DNA of 57,440 nt from Armatimonadota bacterium (GTDB taxonomy: Bacteria > Armatimonadota > Armatimonadia > Armatimonadales > Armatimonadaceae). The DNA is taken from contig JAYUUO010000033.1 of the NCBI GenBank assembly GCA_043754515.1, positions 1 through 57,440 of the forward strand, in the 5' to 3' direction. A model generated the notes under the pieces. That model was not told the origin of the DNA, did not search any database, and saw nothing but the letters and a program-made list of their open reading frames with translations. Of the stretch, positions 1 through 12,145 are shown piece after piece; position 1 is the first letter of the stretch, and the number at the start of each line of letters is the position of its first letter. The position numbers and the translations under genes were made by a program.

Positions 1-288
1 TCCACATGACCAGCACCACCCGCCCGACCTACCGAACCGGGGTAGTCACTCCGACCGCCCGACCAAACCGGGGTGGCCGACAATTTAGATGCGCTCGCCC
101 TAGATGTACCCGAGTGGGGTGGAACTGGCGGCAACGCTTCCACCGCCGGTCCCCGGAACCGCGACACAATCCGGGGGACTTCATCACCTCTTTAAGTCAC
201 TTCCCGAAGTCCTGATGTCTACGACGGTAGCCGAACGCGGCGGTTTCCGATACAATAAGCGGTTGTAAAGGAACCGTTTTTCACACTC

Positions 289-2904
<2,616 letters not shown>

Positions 2905-3005
2905 TGATGCGCGCGGGGCAGGAGGAGTGCCTCCCCCCGACGAATATAAACGGGAAACGCCGCCCCGCATGTCGGTGTAACGACTCTCGAGAAGGAGCAA
3001 GTCCC

Positions 3006-3731
3006 GTGGTTTGTCCGCAGTGTGGAACACAAAACGATAACCGAGGCGATACCTGCCTCCGTTGCAAACGCGCCCTGCATCCCGCCGCGATGAAGGGCAA
3101 GATCGCGTGCTACGTCCACGCGAACCGGGAAGCCAGCACCTCCTGCGCCCTGTGCGGGAGCCGGCTCTGCGCGGCTTGCGGCGTCGGCGTCAACGGGATT
3201 GACTACTGCGATGGTTGCGCGCCCGCGACGGCGGTGCGCCAGTCCTACGACGAGGACTACGAGAAACTCGCGGTGCTCGACACCGAAAAGGTACCGATCG
3301 CGAACTTCGACAGCCGCTTCTTTGCTGCCCTGGTGGATATGGGCGTGATGCTGGGGACCGCCGCAGTGGTGGTGATCGCGCTGTGGCTGTTCACCGGCGG
3401 CGCACTCGACTTCCTGCGCACGGCGCAGAACCAGCCGGTCGCCTACTACCTCCTCCGATTCGCCATCCTGCTCGGATTGCCCCTGTACCTGTTTCTACCG
3501 GTCGCGCTCTCGGGGCAGACCATCGGGCACCGCCTCTGCGGCGTGATCTGCCTGCAACCCGACGGGCACATCGTCACGATCCAGCAGGCACTTTTCCGCA
3601 CTCTGTTCCAGATACTGTCCGCCCTGCCGTTCTTCCTCGGGTTCGCCTGGATGATCTGGGACCGGAAGAAACTGACCTGGCACGACCACTGGAGCGGCAC
3701 GCGCCTCTATGAATGGCAGGAAAACACCTGA
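3006..3731 (+). CDS. RDD-family membrane protein with N-terminal zinc ribbon and B-box-like Cys/His motifs
   Basis: [32 protein letters not shown] ... GQTIG ... [11 protein letters not shown] motifs; GTG start chosen from AAGGAG at ~2992 (ORF track start 2904). Confidence 0.8.
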   Translation: MVCPQCGTQNDNRGDTCLRCKRALHPAAMKGKIACYVHANREASTSCALCGSRLCAACGVGVNGIDYCDGCAPATAVRQSYDEDYEKLAVLDTEKVPIANFDSRFFAALVDMGVMLGTAAVVVIALWLFTGGALDFLRTAQNQPVAYYLLRFAILLGLPLYLFLPVALSGQTIGHRLCGVICLQPDGHIVTIQQALFRTLFQILSALPFFLGFAWMIWDRKKLTWHDHWSGTRLYEWQENT

Positions 3732-5791
3732 CGGGAATTAAGGATTCCGACGAGGGCGGGGTGCCGGGACTCGTCCGCGTTGACTCATGGCTCGCTCCGT
3801 TCACGGACGCCATCCGGGAGCGCATCCGGCGCGCCAACGAGACGCTCGCGTCCTTCGGCGATAGCGGCGGGCTGACCGGCGACATCTCGACCGGACACCG
3901 CTATTTCGGCTTCAATCGCGGTGAATCGGTGGGCGAACCCGGCGTATGGTACAGGGAATGGGCACCGGGGGCGCAATCCCTCCACCTGATCGGGGACTTC
4001 AACCAATGGGACCGCGACGCACACCCGCTCGTCCGCGATGAGTACGGCACCTGGAGCCTTTTCGCGTCGGACACCGCCGGGGCCACGCGGATCGCACACG
4101 ACGCCCCGGTCAAGGTACACGTGGTCGGCGCGGACGGCTCGCGCCGGGATCGCATCCCCGCCTACGCGCGGCGTGTGGTCTCCGACCTGCGGACGCACGA
4201 CTTCACCGCCCGCGTCTGGCTCCCCGAAAGCGCGGGGGCCGGGTATAGTTTTCGGAACGCGACGCCGAGCCGCCCCGACGGGCAGGGCTTGCGTATCTAC
4301 GAGGCGCACGTCGGGATGGCGCAAGAGGCCGGGAAGATCGGCTCGTTCGACGAGTTCCGGACGGCGGTGTTGCCCCGTATCGCAGCACTCGGTTACAACG
4401 CCGTGCAGTTGATGGCGATACAGGAGCACCCCTACTACGCGTCGTTCGGATACCACGTCTCGTCCTTCTTCGCGGTCTCGTCACGCTTCGGGACGCCGGA
4501 ATCGCTCAAGCGACTCATTGACGAGGCGCACGGGTTAGGAATCATGGTCTTTCTGGATCTGGTACATAGCCACGCGGTGAAGAACATCAACGAGGGGTTG
4601 AACCGATTCGACGGCACCGACGATCAGTACTTCCATGCCGGGGAGCGCGGGCAACATCCGGCCTGGGATTCGCTCCTGTTCGACTACGGCAAGTACGAGG
4701 TGCGACGCTTCCTGCTCTCGAATGTTCGCTTCTGGCTGGAGGAGTTCCGCTTCGACGGCTTCCGCTTCGACGGCGTGACGTCCATGCTGTATCACGACCA
4801 CGGGTTGATCGCCCCGTTCGCGTCCTACGCCGATTACTTCCCACCGCGCACCGAAGAGGACGCGGTGCTGTATCTGCAACTGGCGAATGAACTCGCGCAC
4901 GTCGTCCGTCCGGGCGTGATCACCATCGCCGAGGATGTTTCGGGGATGGCGGGGATAGCCCGCCCCGTCTCCGAAGGCGGCGTCGGCTTCGACTACCGCC
5001 TCGCGATGGGCATCCCAGACTTCTGGGTGAAACTGGTCAAGGAGCGGCGCGACGAGGACTGGGACATCGGCGAGATCTACCGGACGCTGGTCAACCGCCG
5101 CTGGAGCGAGAAACACATCGGCTATGTCGAGTCACATGATCAGGCACTCGTCGGTGATAAAACGCTCGCGTTTCGCCTGATGGACGCGGAGATGTACCGG
5201 AACATGGGCAGGGAGAGCAAAAGCCTCGTCATTGACCGGGGCATCGCGCTCCTGAAACTGATCCGGCTCGCGACCTTTGCCCTCGCGGGCGAGGGCTACC
5301 TCAACTTTATGGGGAACGAGTTCGGGCACCCGGAGTGGGTGGACTTCCCCCGCGAGGGCAACCAGAACTCGTTCGGGCACGCACGCCGCCAGTGGTCGCT
5401 CGCGGACCGGGATGATCTGCGCTACGGCGGTCTACAAAACTTCGACGCCGCGCTACAGTTGCTCGACGCGCACTTTAACCTGTTACCCGACCCGTTGATC
5501 GAGCAACTTGCGCTCAACGAGGGCGACAAGGTACTCGTGTTTCGCCGGGGGCCGCTGGTGTTCGCGATGAACTTCCACCCGACCGAGTCATTCGCCGGGT
5601 ACCGGATACCGGTGCCTGACCCCGGCGATTACATGCTGATACTGGACACCGACCGCGAGGCATTCGGCGGCTTCGCGCGAGTCGATCCGGACACCGTTTG
5701 CCCGCTACACCCCGGATGGTTTAACGGACGCGGGCAGAGCGTTTATCTTTATCTACCCGCCCGTACCGCGCTCGTACTGGCTCCGGTTTAG
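3713..5791 (+). CDS. glgB: 1,4-alpha-glucan branching enzyme (GH13, eukaryote-like type)
   Basis: YREWAPGA, IYEAHVGM, FDGFRFDGVTSMLY, TIAEDVSG, YVESHDQA, NFMGNEFGHPEW. Confidence 0.95.
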   Translation: MAGKHLTGIKDSDEGGVPGLVRVDSWLAPFTDAIRERIRRANETLASFGDSGGLTGDISTGHRYFGFNRGESVGEPGVWYREWAPGAQSLHLIGDFNQWDRDAHPLVRDEYGTWSLFASDTAGATRIAHDAPVKVHVVGADGSRRDRIPAYARRVVSDLRTHDFTARVWLPESAGAGYSFRNATPSRPDGQGLRIYEAHVGMAQEAGKIGSFDEFRTAVLPRIAALGYNAVQLMAIQEHPYYASFGYHVSSFFAVSSRFGTPESLKRLIDEAHGLGIMVFLDLVHSHAVKNINEGLNRFDGTDDQYFHAGERGQHPAWDSLLFDYGKYEVRRFLLSNVRFWLEEFRFDGFRFDGVTSMLYHDHGLIAPFASYADYFPPRTEEDAVLYLQLANELAHVVRPGVITIAEDVSGMAGIARPVSEGGVGFDYRLAMGIPDFWVKLVKERRDEDWDIGEIYRTLVNRRWSEKHIGYVESHDQALVGDKTLAFRLMDAEMYRNMGRESKSLVIDRGIALLKLIRLATFALAGEGYLNFMGNEFGHPEWVDFPREGNQNSFGHARRQWSLADRDDLRYGGLQNFDAALQLLDAHFNLLPDPLIEQLALNEGDKVLVFRRGPLVFAMNFHPTESFAGYRIPVPDPGDYMLILDTDREAFGGFARVDPDTVCPLHPGWFNGRGQSVYLYLPARTALVLAPV

Positions 5792-5832
5792 CCGCCCCGC
5801 GCCCGATATGATAAAACGGGAAGCGAACACCT

Positions 5833-6090
5833 ATGCCCGTTTTGCGCGATATATACATCTGCGCCGTCTTCCTCTGGGGGGCGGGCGCGGCGCTTGCCCC
5901 GTATTTCGGTATTACGGACGTACCTCTCACCTACCAGACGGCGAGAGGTACGCCCGTAGATCTGCCGAAATCCGTCATCCCTTACGCGGTCCTCCTGCTG
6001 ATCGCCGTGGCGGGGTTCGTGCTCCGGGTCATCGCCCGTCCGGTCGCCGCCCAATCGGTCGCCGCCGGGGGTAGCCATGCCGGAGACTAA
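5833..6090 (+). CDS. small hypothetical membrane protein (2 TM)
   Basis: Two hydrophobic stretches; overlaps start of the downstream kinase gene. Confidence 0.6.
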   Translation: MPVLRDIYICAVFLWGAGAALAPYFGITDVPLTYQTARGTPVDLPKSVIPYAVLLLIAVAGFVLRVIARPVAAQSVAAGGSHAGD

Positions 6091-8146
6091 CGCGCGGCGG
6101 GTGGTGTCCCCTCACGCATTGATCGGCGAAACGTTGCGAGGGCGTTACACGATACGCGACATAAGGGGCACTGACATACTCTTCGCAGACTTCGACGCGG
6201 AGGACAGGGAGCAGAAAAAGCCGGTGCTTGCGCGGGTATTGTTGCCAGAATATGCCGACAACGAGGAGATCATCGCCGCGCTCCGAACTGGGGTCGGGGA
6301 TGTGCTCGGGCTGTCACACGTCGGCATCGCCCGACCGACCGACGCGGGCGCGGACGAATTACTCGGGGTCGCCTTCTTTTTCGTCGAGGACGCGGAACGC
6401 GACGACCTCCAGGAGCGGATCACGCGGGACGCGCCGCTCGCCCCCTCAGTGGCGGTGGATGTGCTGATTAACCTCGCCGACGCCCTGGCATACGCCGCCG
6501 AACGCAACCTGTGTCACGGCGACATCCGGCCCGAACACGTACTCACCGGACCCGAAAAACCGCTCCGGATCACGCGCTGGGGCGTCGCCGAAGCGCAGTT
6601 CATCGCGGCGGCGGATGATTCCGCGCTCCTGCTCCCCGCCGCCCCCTACACCGCCCCGGAAGTCTGGGCGACTGGCGCGGCGACAATAAGCGGCGATCTC
6701 TACGCGCTCGGCGTAATCGCCTATGAGATGCTCACCGGGTCGCCGCCGTTCGCCGCCGCCGGGGACGCCCTCGCCATCGCGCGTCGCCACGCGACGGAGC
6801 CGGTGCCCTCGCCCCACGTGGCGTCGCCGTCGCTACCGAATGCCCTGGACGGAGTCACGCGCAAGCTGCTCGCGAAACGCCCCGCAGATCGGTACGACTC
6901 GCCCGCCACCTTGCTAGGCGACTTACATGCGATCCGGGACGCCCTCCGGTACGGGTGCTCCCTCGCCTGGTCGCCGCTCGACGGCGACGCCCGCCCCACC
7001 ACCCCGTCCGCGCGCTCCCTCCGGGAAACGTTCGACGAGGACGGCACGGCCGTTATGCCGGTCGGCCCGCCGAAGAGCGCGCCCCCACCCGAGCCGAAAG
7101 TAGAACTGCCCCCGCCAGAGGTCCCGGAACCCACCCCGGCGGAGACGGTCACGGGTCGGGCGGAACCGATCGCTACCTGGGAGGGAGCCGCCGTGCTTCC
7201 GACCATAACCCAAGAAACGCAGGGTGTCACCGACGACGCCGTGGAGGAAGAGATATTGTCCGTAGCCATGCCAACCCCCAAGCGCGCGAAGCACTCGTTC
7301 AACTGGCTGTTGCCGCTCAACCTGTTCCTCGCGACCGTGCTCGCGGCGACCGTCGGGTACGTCGTCTACCTGACGTTCCTCGCGCTCGAACCGCCCAACG
7401 ACGTGATCGTCCCTAATCTGGTCGGTAAATCGCTCACCGAAGCGAAAACACTCGCCGTCGAACGCAAGTTCCTGGTCGAGATCGTCAGCGAGCAGTTCAA
7501 TGACAAGTACTCGGAAGACACGATCTACCAGATGCGCCCCGAACCGGGCCGTCACATCCGCGAAAATAAGAAGGTCACCATCTGGGTCTCCAAAGGCCCG
7601 CGCATGGTGACGGTGCCCGACGTCGAGAACATGTCGTTCGATAAGGCGCGGCAGGTGCTCGAACGGGAGGGGCTAACGGTCGGCGACAAAAAGAAGGAGT
7701 GGGACGTCCTCACGGAGCGGGGCAACATCATGCAACAGGTGCCTCCCGCCGGGGAGAACCGGCAGCGCGGCACCCGCGTTGACCTGACGATCTCCAAGGG
7801 CCCCGAGCCGGTCCCCCAAATTATAGACCCGACGCCGCTACCCGACCCGTCGCCGGACACAAACACGGGCGGCGCGGAAGTGGTCCCGGACAGCGAGAAG
7901 AAATCCGCGCTCACCGTGGAGTACGACGTGCCTTCGGATGCCAACTCGCACATCATCCGGATTGACGTCACCGACAGCCGGGGGCTGAGGACGCTGATCA
8001 CCGAGGAGCACAAGGCGGGAGATAAAGTGCCGCTCGATGTGACCGGTTACGGCAACAAGATCACCTTCCGCGTTTACGATAACGACGTTTTACAACAAAC
8101 ACTACTCGGGCCGCCGTGGCCCGGTTCTGGAGAAAAAGCACCATGA
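6077..8146 (+). CDS. PrkC/PknB-like Ser/Thr kinase-fold protein with TM and 2 PASTA domains; catalytic motifs degenerate (probable pseudokinase)
   Basis: HGDIRPEH, YTAPE, DLYALGVIAYEMLTGSPPF; Pro-rich linker; TM; PASTA repeats VPNLVGKS and VPDVENMS; coupled to rpe. Confidence 0.88.
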   Translation: MPETNARRVVSPHALIGETLRGRYTIRDIRGTDILFADFDAEDREQKKPVLARVLLPEYADNEEIIAALRTGVGDVLGLSHVGIARPTDAGADELLGVAFFFVEDAERDDLQERITRDAPLAPSVAVDVLINLADALAYAAERNLCHGDIRPEHVLTGPEKPLRITRWGVAEAQFIAAADDSALLLPAAPYTAPEVWATGAATISGDLYALGVIAYEMLTGSPPFAAAGDALAIARRHATEPVPSPHVASPSLPNALDGVTRKLLAKRPADRYDSPATLLGDLHAIRDALRYGCSLAWSPLDGDARPTTPSARSLRETFDEDGTAVMPVGPPKSAPPPEPKVELPPPEVPEPTPAETVTGRAEPIATWEGAAVLPTITQETQGVTDDAVEEEILSVAMPTPKRAKHSFNWLLPLNLFLATVLAATVGYVVYLTFLALEPPNDVIVPNLVGKSLTEAKTLAVERKFLVEIVSEQFNDKYSEDTIYQMRPEPGRHIRENKKVTIWVSKGPRMVTVPDVENMSFDKARQVLEREGLTVGDKKKEWDVLTERGNIMQQVPPAGENRQRGTRVDLTISKGPEPVPQIIDPTPLPDPSPDTNTGGAEVVPDSEKKSALTVEYDVPSDANSHIIRIDVTDSRGLRTLITEEHKAGDKVPLDVTGYGNKITFRVYDNDVLQQTLLGPPWPGSGEKAP

Positions 8147-8886
8147 GTTTGCCACCGATGGCGGTTTCCGCGCCGCCCCGTGACGAGAGTAGCCCGAATC
8201 TGTTGCCCCTCGCGCCGGGCCAGATTCGTGTCTCGCCTTCCCTGCTCGCCGCCGACTTCGCGCGGTTCGCTGACGGCGCAGCGCAGTGCGTCCACGGCGG
8301 CGCGGACTGGCTCCATTTCGACGTGATGGACGGACATTTCGTGCCGAACCTGTCCTTCGGGGCCGACCTACTGAAGGCGTTGCGCGACGACCACCCGACC
8401 ACCCCGTTCGATGTCCACCTGATGGTCGAGCGCCCGTACGACTTCATCGAGCCGTTCGCGGCGGCGGGCGCGGACCTGATCACGGTTCACGCCGAGGCGA
8501 CCCCGCACCTGCAACGCACGCTCGCGGCGATACGCGCCCTCGGGCGTAAGGCGGGCGTCGCGCTCAACCCCGCCACCCCGCTCGACCCGCTACTCTACGT
8601 GCTCGACGACGTGGACGTGGTGCTCGTGATGACGGTCAACCCCGGTTTCGGTGGGCAGAAGTTCCTACCGGCGGCGGGCGACAAGATCGGCGACATCGCG
8701 CGGCTCCGCGAGCGGGAAGGCGCGTCGTTCCTGATCTCGGTGGACGGCGGCGTGGACGAGCGAACGGCGGGAAATCTGGTCGAACTCGGCGCGGACGTGC
8801 TCGTCGCTGGGTCATACGTGTTCCACCACGCGAGCGGCGTCCCCGGCGGCATCGCGGCATTGCGGGGGGCAGCGGCGGGGAGGTAG
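8143..8886 (+). CDS. rpe: ribulose-phosphate 3-epimerase
   Basis: SPSLLAADF, HFDVMDGHFVPN, DVHLM, MTVNPGFGGQ, VDGG; ATGA overlap with the upstream stop. Confidence 0.97.
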   Translation: MSLPPMAVSAPPRDESSPNLLPLAPGQIRVSPSLLAADFARFADGAAQCVHGGADWLHFDVMDGHFVPNLSFGADLLKALRDDHPTTPFDVHLMVERPYDFIEPFAAAGADLITVHAEATPHLQRTLAAIRALGRKAGVALNPATPLDPLLYVLDDVDVVLVMTVNPGFGGQKFLPAAGDKIGDIARLREREGASFLISVDGGVDERTAGNLVELGADVLVAGSYVFHHASGVPGGIAALRGAAAGR

Positions 8887-8993
8887 AGGGCAGACCAGCG
8901 TATCAGCGGGTTGAACGGGACCGCCACGAGGGGGTGACGGTCGCCTCCGGTGGCAAGCCGAACAAGGACTGACGAGAGCCTTGTCTCTTTCGT

Positions 8994-9671
8994 TTAGTAG
9001 GCGACGAGACCGGAATGTGCTCGTCCCACTTCGCCAAAGATGCGCCGCAAGGTGCCACGGCGTTCCATGATTTTTAGTGTTCGCAAACTCGATTGGTAGT
9101 CCCGCAAGAAGGGTGCCAGATGACTATGCGCTTCTGTGCTTCTTACATACTCCACAAAGAAGTAAGGGGCAAGAACTCCGAACTCCAGGCCGCAACTGAT
9201 GCCTACTTCAAGAATTTGCCCCGCCACTTTACTGACGAATCTGCAGTGCTGACCATGAAACTCGTACCGCCAGTCTTCCATGTCAACGAAGCCATCGTCC
9301 GGCTCGAAATCGTACCAGTCGTCAAGCGATCCCAGCGGCACCCCAATAGTTTCTGCTAGGCGTGTGGCAATAGCCGTCGCGTCCGCCCAGAAGCATTGCG
9401 CCGCACGAAGAATAGCGGGCTCGTGCTCGTGCACATCACCTTCGCTCAATACGCGGAGAACCGTTATGTTACTCCCTCCCGAGTTAAAAACCGAGTGGTC
9501 CGACAGACCCGCCGACAGCATAGTAATTGTCTCTGTGTTCGCCACCCGTTGCACCCCCAAATCAGGAAACTCCAGCACGATATGGTGCCCCCAATCAGCG
9601 TTCTCGCGCAGGTACGCGATGTTCGGTACTTCGGAAGCGTCCCGACAAAACAGACGTAACAGATTGCTCAT
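8994..9671 (-). CDS. hypothetical protein, C-terminal DUF6896-like domain
   Basis: WRYEFHGQHCRF...GQILEV motif recalled as DUF6896-like; visibly lower GC than flanks. Confidence 0.55.
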   Translation of the reverse strand: MSNLLRLFCRDASEVPNIAYLRENADWGHHIVLEFPDLGVQRVANTETITMLSAGLSDHSVFNSGGSNITVLRVLSEGDVHEHEPAILRAAQCFWADATAIATRLAETIGVPLGSLDDWYDFEPDDGFVDMEDWRYEFHGQHCRFVSKVAGQILEVGISCGLEFGVLAPYFFVEYVRSTEAHSHLAPFLRDYQSSLRTLKIMERRGTLRRIFGEVGRAHSGLVAY

Positions 9672-9698
9672 AAGAATGTGGTCCCGCTAATCTCAGTA

Positions 9699-10829
9699 TC
9701 AGACAAACTCCGCCATTACTTCCGATGCTAAAAACACGCCGCGCTCGGTCAGGCGCAAATGCGTTCCGGTGTCTTCGAGCAAGCCGCCGGCAATATGGCG
9801 CGACACGGCGTCCGCGAAATACGTCGTCACCTCCACCCCGAACCGCTCGCGGAACCGCGCTAACTCAACGCCGTCCGCGAGACGCAACCCGACCATCATC
9901 GTCTCGCCCATCGCCGCCTCCGGCGCGAGCGATTCGCTCTCCACCGTGGGGATCTGCCCGGCGAGGCAACGCTCGATGTAGCGCACCGGGTGGAGTTCAT
10001 TCAGACTCCGCGCCCCGTCAATATACGCCGCCGCGCCTGCGCCGAATCCGAAATAGGACTCGTTGCGCCAGTAGATCTGGTTGTGACGCGACTCGTATCC
10101 GGGTAGCGCGTAGTTCGAGATCTCGTAGCGGCGGTGCCCGGCATAAGCGGTACGCTGCATGGCGCGGGCGAACATCGCCACCTCCACTGATTCCGTCGGG
10201 AGTGGCAACTGTCCCCGCTCGCGCCGCGCGTAGAACGGGGTCCGCTCCTCCACGATCAAGCCGTATATAGAAAGGTGCGGGATTTCCAACGCGAACGCGG
10301 CATCTAGACTGCGGTCCAGATCAGCCACCGTCTGGCGCGGCAACCCGAACATCAAATCTAGGGAGATGTTCGCGAACCCGGCGCGTTTCGCCGCCGCGAC
10401 CGCGCGTTCGGCGTCGCCACCGGTGTGAACCCGGTCAATCATCTTCAGAAGGCGGTCGTCGAAGGTCTGCACGCCGAACGACAGCCGGTTGAACCCCGCC
10501 GCCCGTAGCGTCCGTAGGTAGCCTTCGTCCGCGTCGGACGGGTTCGCCTCCGTGGAGATTTCGGCGTCCGCGTCCAGCGCAAAATGCTCACGGACTGTGT
10601 CAAGAATGCGAACCAGATCAGCGGCGGAAAGCACCGTGGGCGTGCCACCCCCGAAGAAGACGGTAGGCACCCGCGCCGCAGGGTCGGAGCGGTTCGCGAT
10701 CTCAGCGCACAGAGCGTCCACGTATCGTGCCTTGGTCGCGTCTTTGTAGCCGGAGTACGCGTTGAAGTCGCAGTAGCCACACTTTTTCGCGCAGAACGGG
10801 ATGTGGAGGTAGATTCCGGCGGTTCGCAT
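9699..10829 (-). CDS. hemW: radical SAM heme chaperone HemW
   Basis: YLHIPFCAKKCGYCDF (CxxxCxxC), FFGGGTPT, YEISNYA, SRHNQIYW. Confidence 0.95.
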   Translation of the reverse strand: MRTAGIYLHIPFCAKKCGYCDFNAYSGYKDATKARYVDALCAEIANRSDPAARVPTVFFGGGTPTVLSAADLVRILDTVREHFALDADAEISTEANPSDADEGYLRTLRAAGFNRLSFGVQTFDDRLLKMIDRVHTGGDAERAVAAAKRAGFANISLDLMFGLPRQTVADLDRSLDAAFALEIPHLSIYGLIVEERTPFYARRERGQLPLPTESVEVAMFARAMQRTAYAGHRRYEISNYALPGYESRHNQIYWRNESYFGFGAGAAAYIDGARSLNELHPVRYIERCLAGQIPTVESESLAPEAAMGETMMVGLRLADGVELARFRERFGVEVTTYFADAVSRHIAGGLLEDTGTHLRLTERGVFLASEVMAEFV

Positions 10830-11203
10830 ACCCTACTGTATCGCACCGGATGCGTCGCCCGTTCCGCCTTCTTGAGCAGGGCGATTGCATTATAGTCGTC
10901 TTGGTTTCCCCGTGGATAATCCGCAGTGAAACGGAGAGACGCGTAACCAACTAAGCCATGGTGCAGCCGCCCTCCCTTCTTGAGCGGGGCGATTACATCA
11001 TCACGCAGCAACCGTGGGTATCTGTAAACCCCTCGCCGCGTCCTAACGTGCCCTCTAGGAAGCGCTCACGCCCCGACGACTGCGCGGAACGCCCGGTACG
11101 CGAGCGGGCAGGATGCCCACAAATTATTTGTCGTTGCCATTTGACGGTAATAACAGCCAATTAGAGGCGTCCGCGTAAATTACGATTCACTGAAGCACCC
11201 ACG

Positions 11204-11596
11204 TTAGTCCTCACGCCACTCTAAATCTTTATCAAGCTCACCCAACTCCGAAAAAGTTTTTGTTGCCTTGGTAACCATGTCGAGGCTTACACAACTCCAA
11301 CCATGGTAGTACCCTCCCTGCTCTCCAACCACTAAATAAACCATTTCATCGGAATGAACATCATCTTTCCTGGTGGGCATAACGAGGTTGTGGAAAATCT
11401 TGTTGTCATAAGTTGCATAACATACATAATGTTCCTCGCCACCTCCTACAGCCATGTGCGGAACCTCGCCTCCTGTATCCAACATGATAAGAGTTTCCTT
11501 CACGCCGTCCAGTGAAGAAATTGCGGATGCCACGCTATCAGGAGTAGGATTCAAGTTGTCATGATCACCGGATAGTCCGATTCGGGTTATAAACAT
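11204..11596 (-). CDS. putative Imm1-like immunity protein
   Basis: MAVGGG..YVCYATYDN..FHNLV and C-terminal F..GELD..LEW pattern; AT-rich relative to the window. Confidence 0.6.
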   Translation of the reverse strand: MFITRIGLSGDHDNLNPTPDSVASAISSLDGVKETLIMLDTGGEVPHMAVGGGEEHYVCYATYDNKIFHNLVMPTRKDDVHSDEMVYLVVGEQGGYYHGWSCVSLDMVTKATKTFSELGELDKDLEWRED

Positions 11597-11643
11597 ACAA
11601 ACAATTTACCGTGTATTTACCCACTACCTATTCATTTCGTCAT

Positions 11644-11683
11644 TTGACTACCCCGTTAGTCCCGGCGTATACTACGAGGTAAT
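11644..11683 (+). promoter_or_regulatory. sigma70-type promoter overlapped by putative BlaI/CopY-family operator
   Basis: TTGACT (11644-49), 18 bp, TATACT (11668-73); palindromes GACTA-N6-TAGTC (11646-61) and ACTAC-gag-GTAAT (11671-83). Confidence 0.7.
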
Positions 11684-12103
11684 ATGACTACCCAAACCCC
11701 GACACTGGACGCTCACGAAGCGGACGCCCCCGACGCGACACTCGGCGACCAGGAGCTAGAAGTGCTTCGCTTCATCGCGGGCCGCGCCCCCGTCACCGTG
11801 CGCGAGGTCGCCGACGAATGGGGCGTGCCGCGCGGGCGGGCGCGTACCACCGTGCTGACGATGATGGAGCGGCTACGCAAAAAAGGCTACCTGATCCGCG
11901 ACGGCGTTGAGGAGGGTGCCTTCCAGTACCGTGCCACCGTCGCACCGCAAGCCGTTGTGCGCAACCTCGTGCGCGACTTCGTGCGCAACACGCTGGGCGG
12001 CTCGCTCTCGCCCTTCGTGGCCTACCTCGCCGACACCCCCGAAGGCTTGTCGGCGACCGAAGTGGCCGAGCTACGCAAATTAGTCGCCGACATAGATCGG
12101 TAA
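11684..12103 (+). CDS. BlaI/MecI/CopY family transcriptional repressor
   Basis: LGDQELEVL..TVREV..ARTTVLTMMERLRKKGYL winged helix; C-terminal dimerisation helices. Confidence 0.92.
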   Translation: MTTQTPTLDAHEADAPDATLGDQELEVLRFIAGRAPVTVREVADEWGVPRGRARTTVLTMMERLRKKGYLIRDGVEEGAFQYRATVAPQAVVRNLVRDFVRNTLGGSLSPFVAYLADTPEGLSATEVAELRKLVADIDR

Positions 12104-12145
12104 CGTCTTACAAACTGGTGTCGGGCCAGTGACAAGGGAAGAACG

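Noticed and set aside
140..190. Fluoride riboswitch on the minus strand (GGTGATGAAGTCCCC)
   Set aside because: The downstream GCTRATGAC pseudoknot partner is absent
8960..8995. Hammerhead ribozyme (CTGACGA followed by a short stem)
   Set aside because: No GAAA follows stem II on the same strand; the core cannot be completed
10867..11001. Mini CRISPR array
   Set aside because: Only two imperfect repeats with an 81-bp gap and no cas genes
11041..11209. Integron attC site after the Imm1-like gene (CTAACGTG ... CACGTTAG)
   Set aside because: Spans about 169 bp, core sites deviate from RYYYAAC/GTTRRRY, inner arms do not pair, and no integron integrase is present
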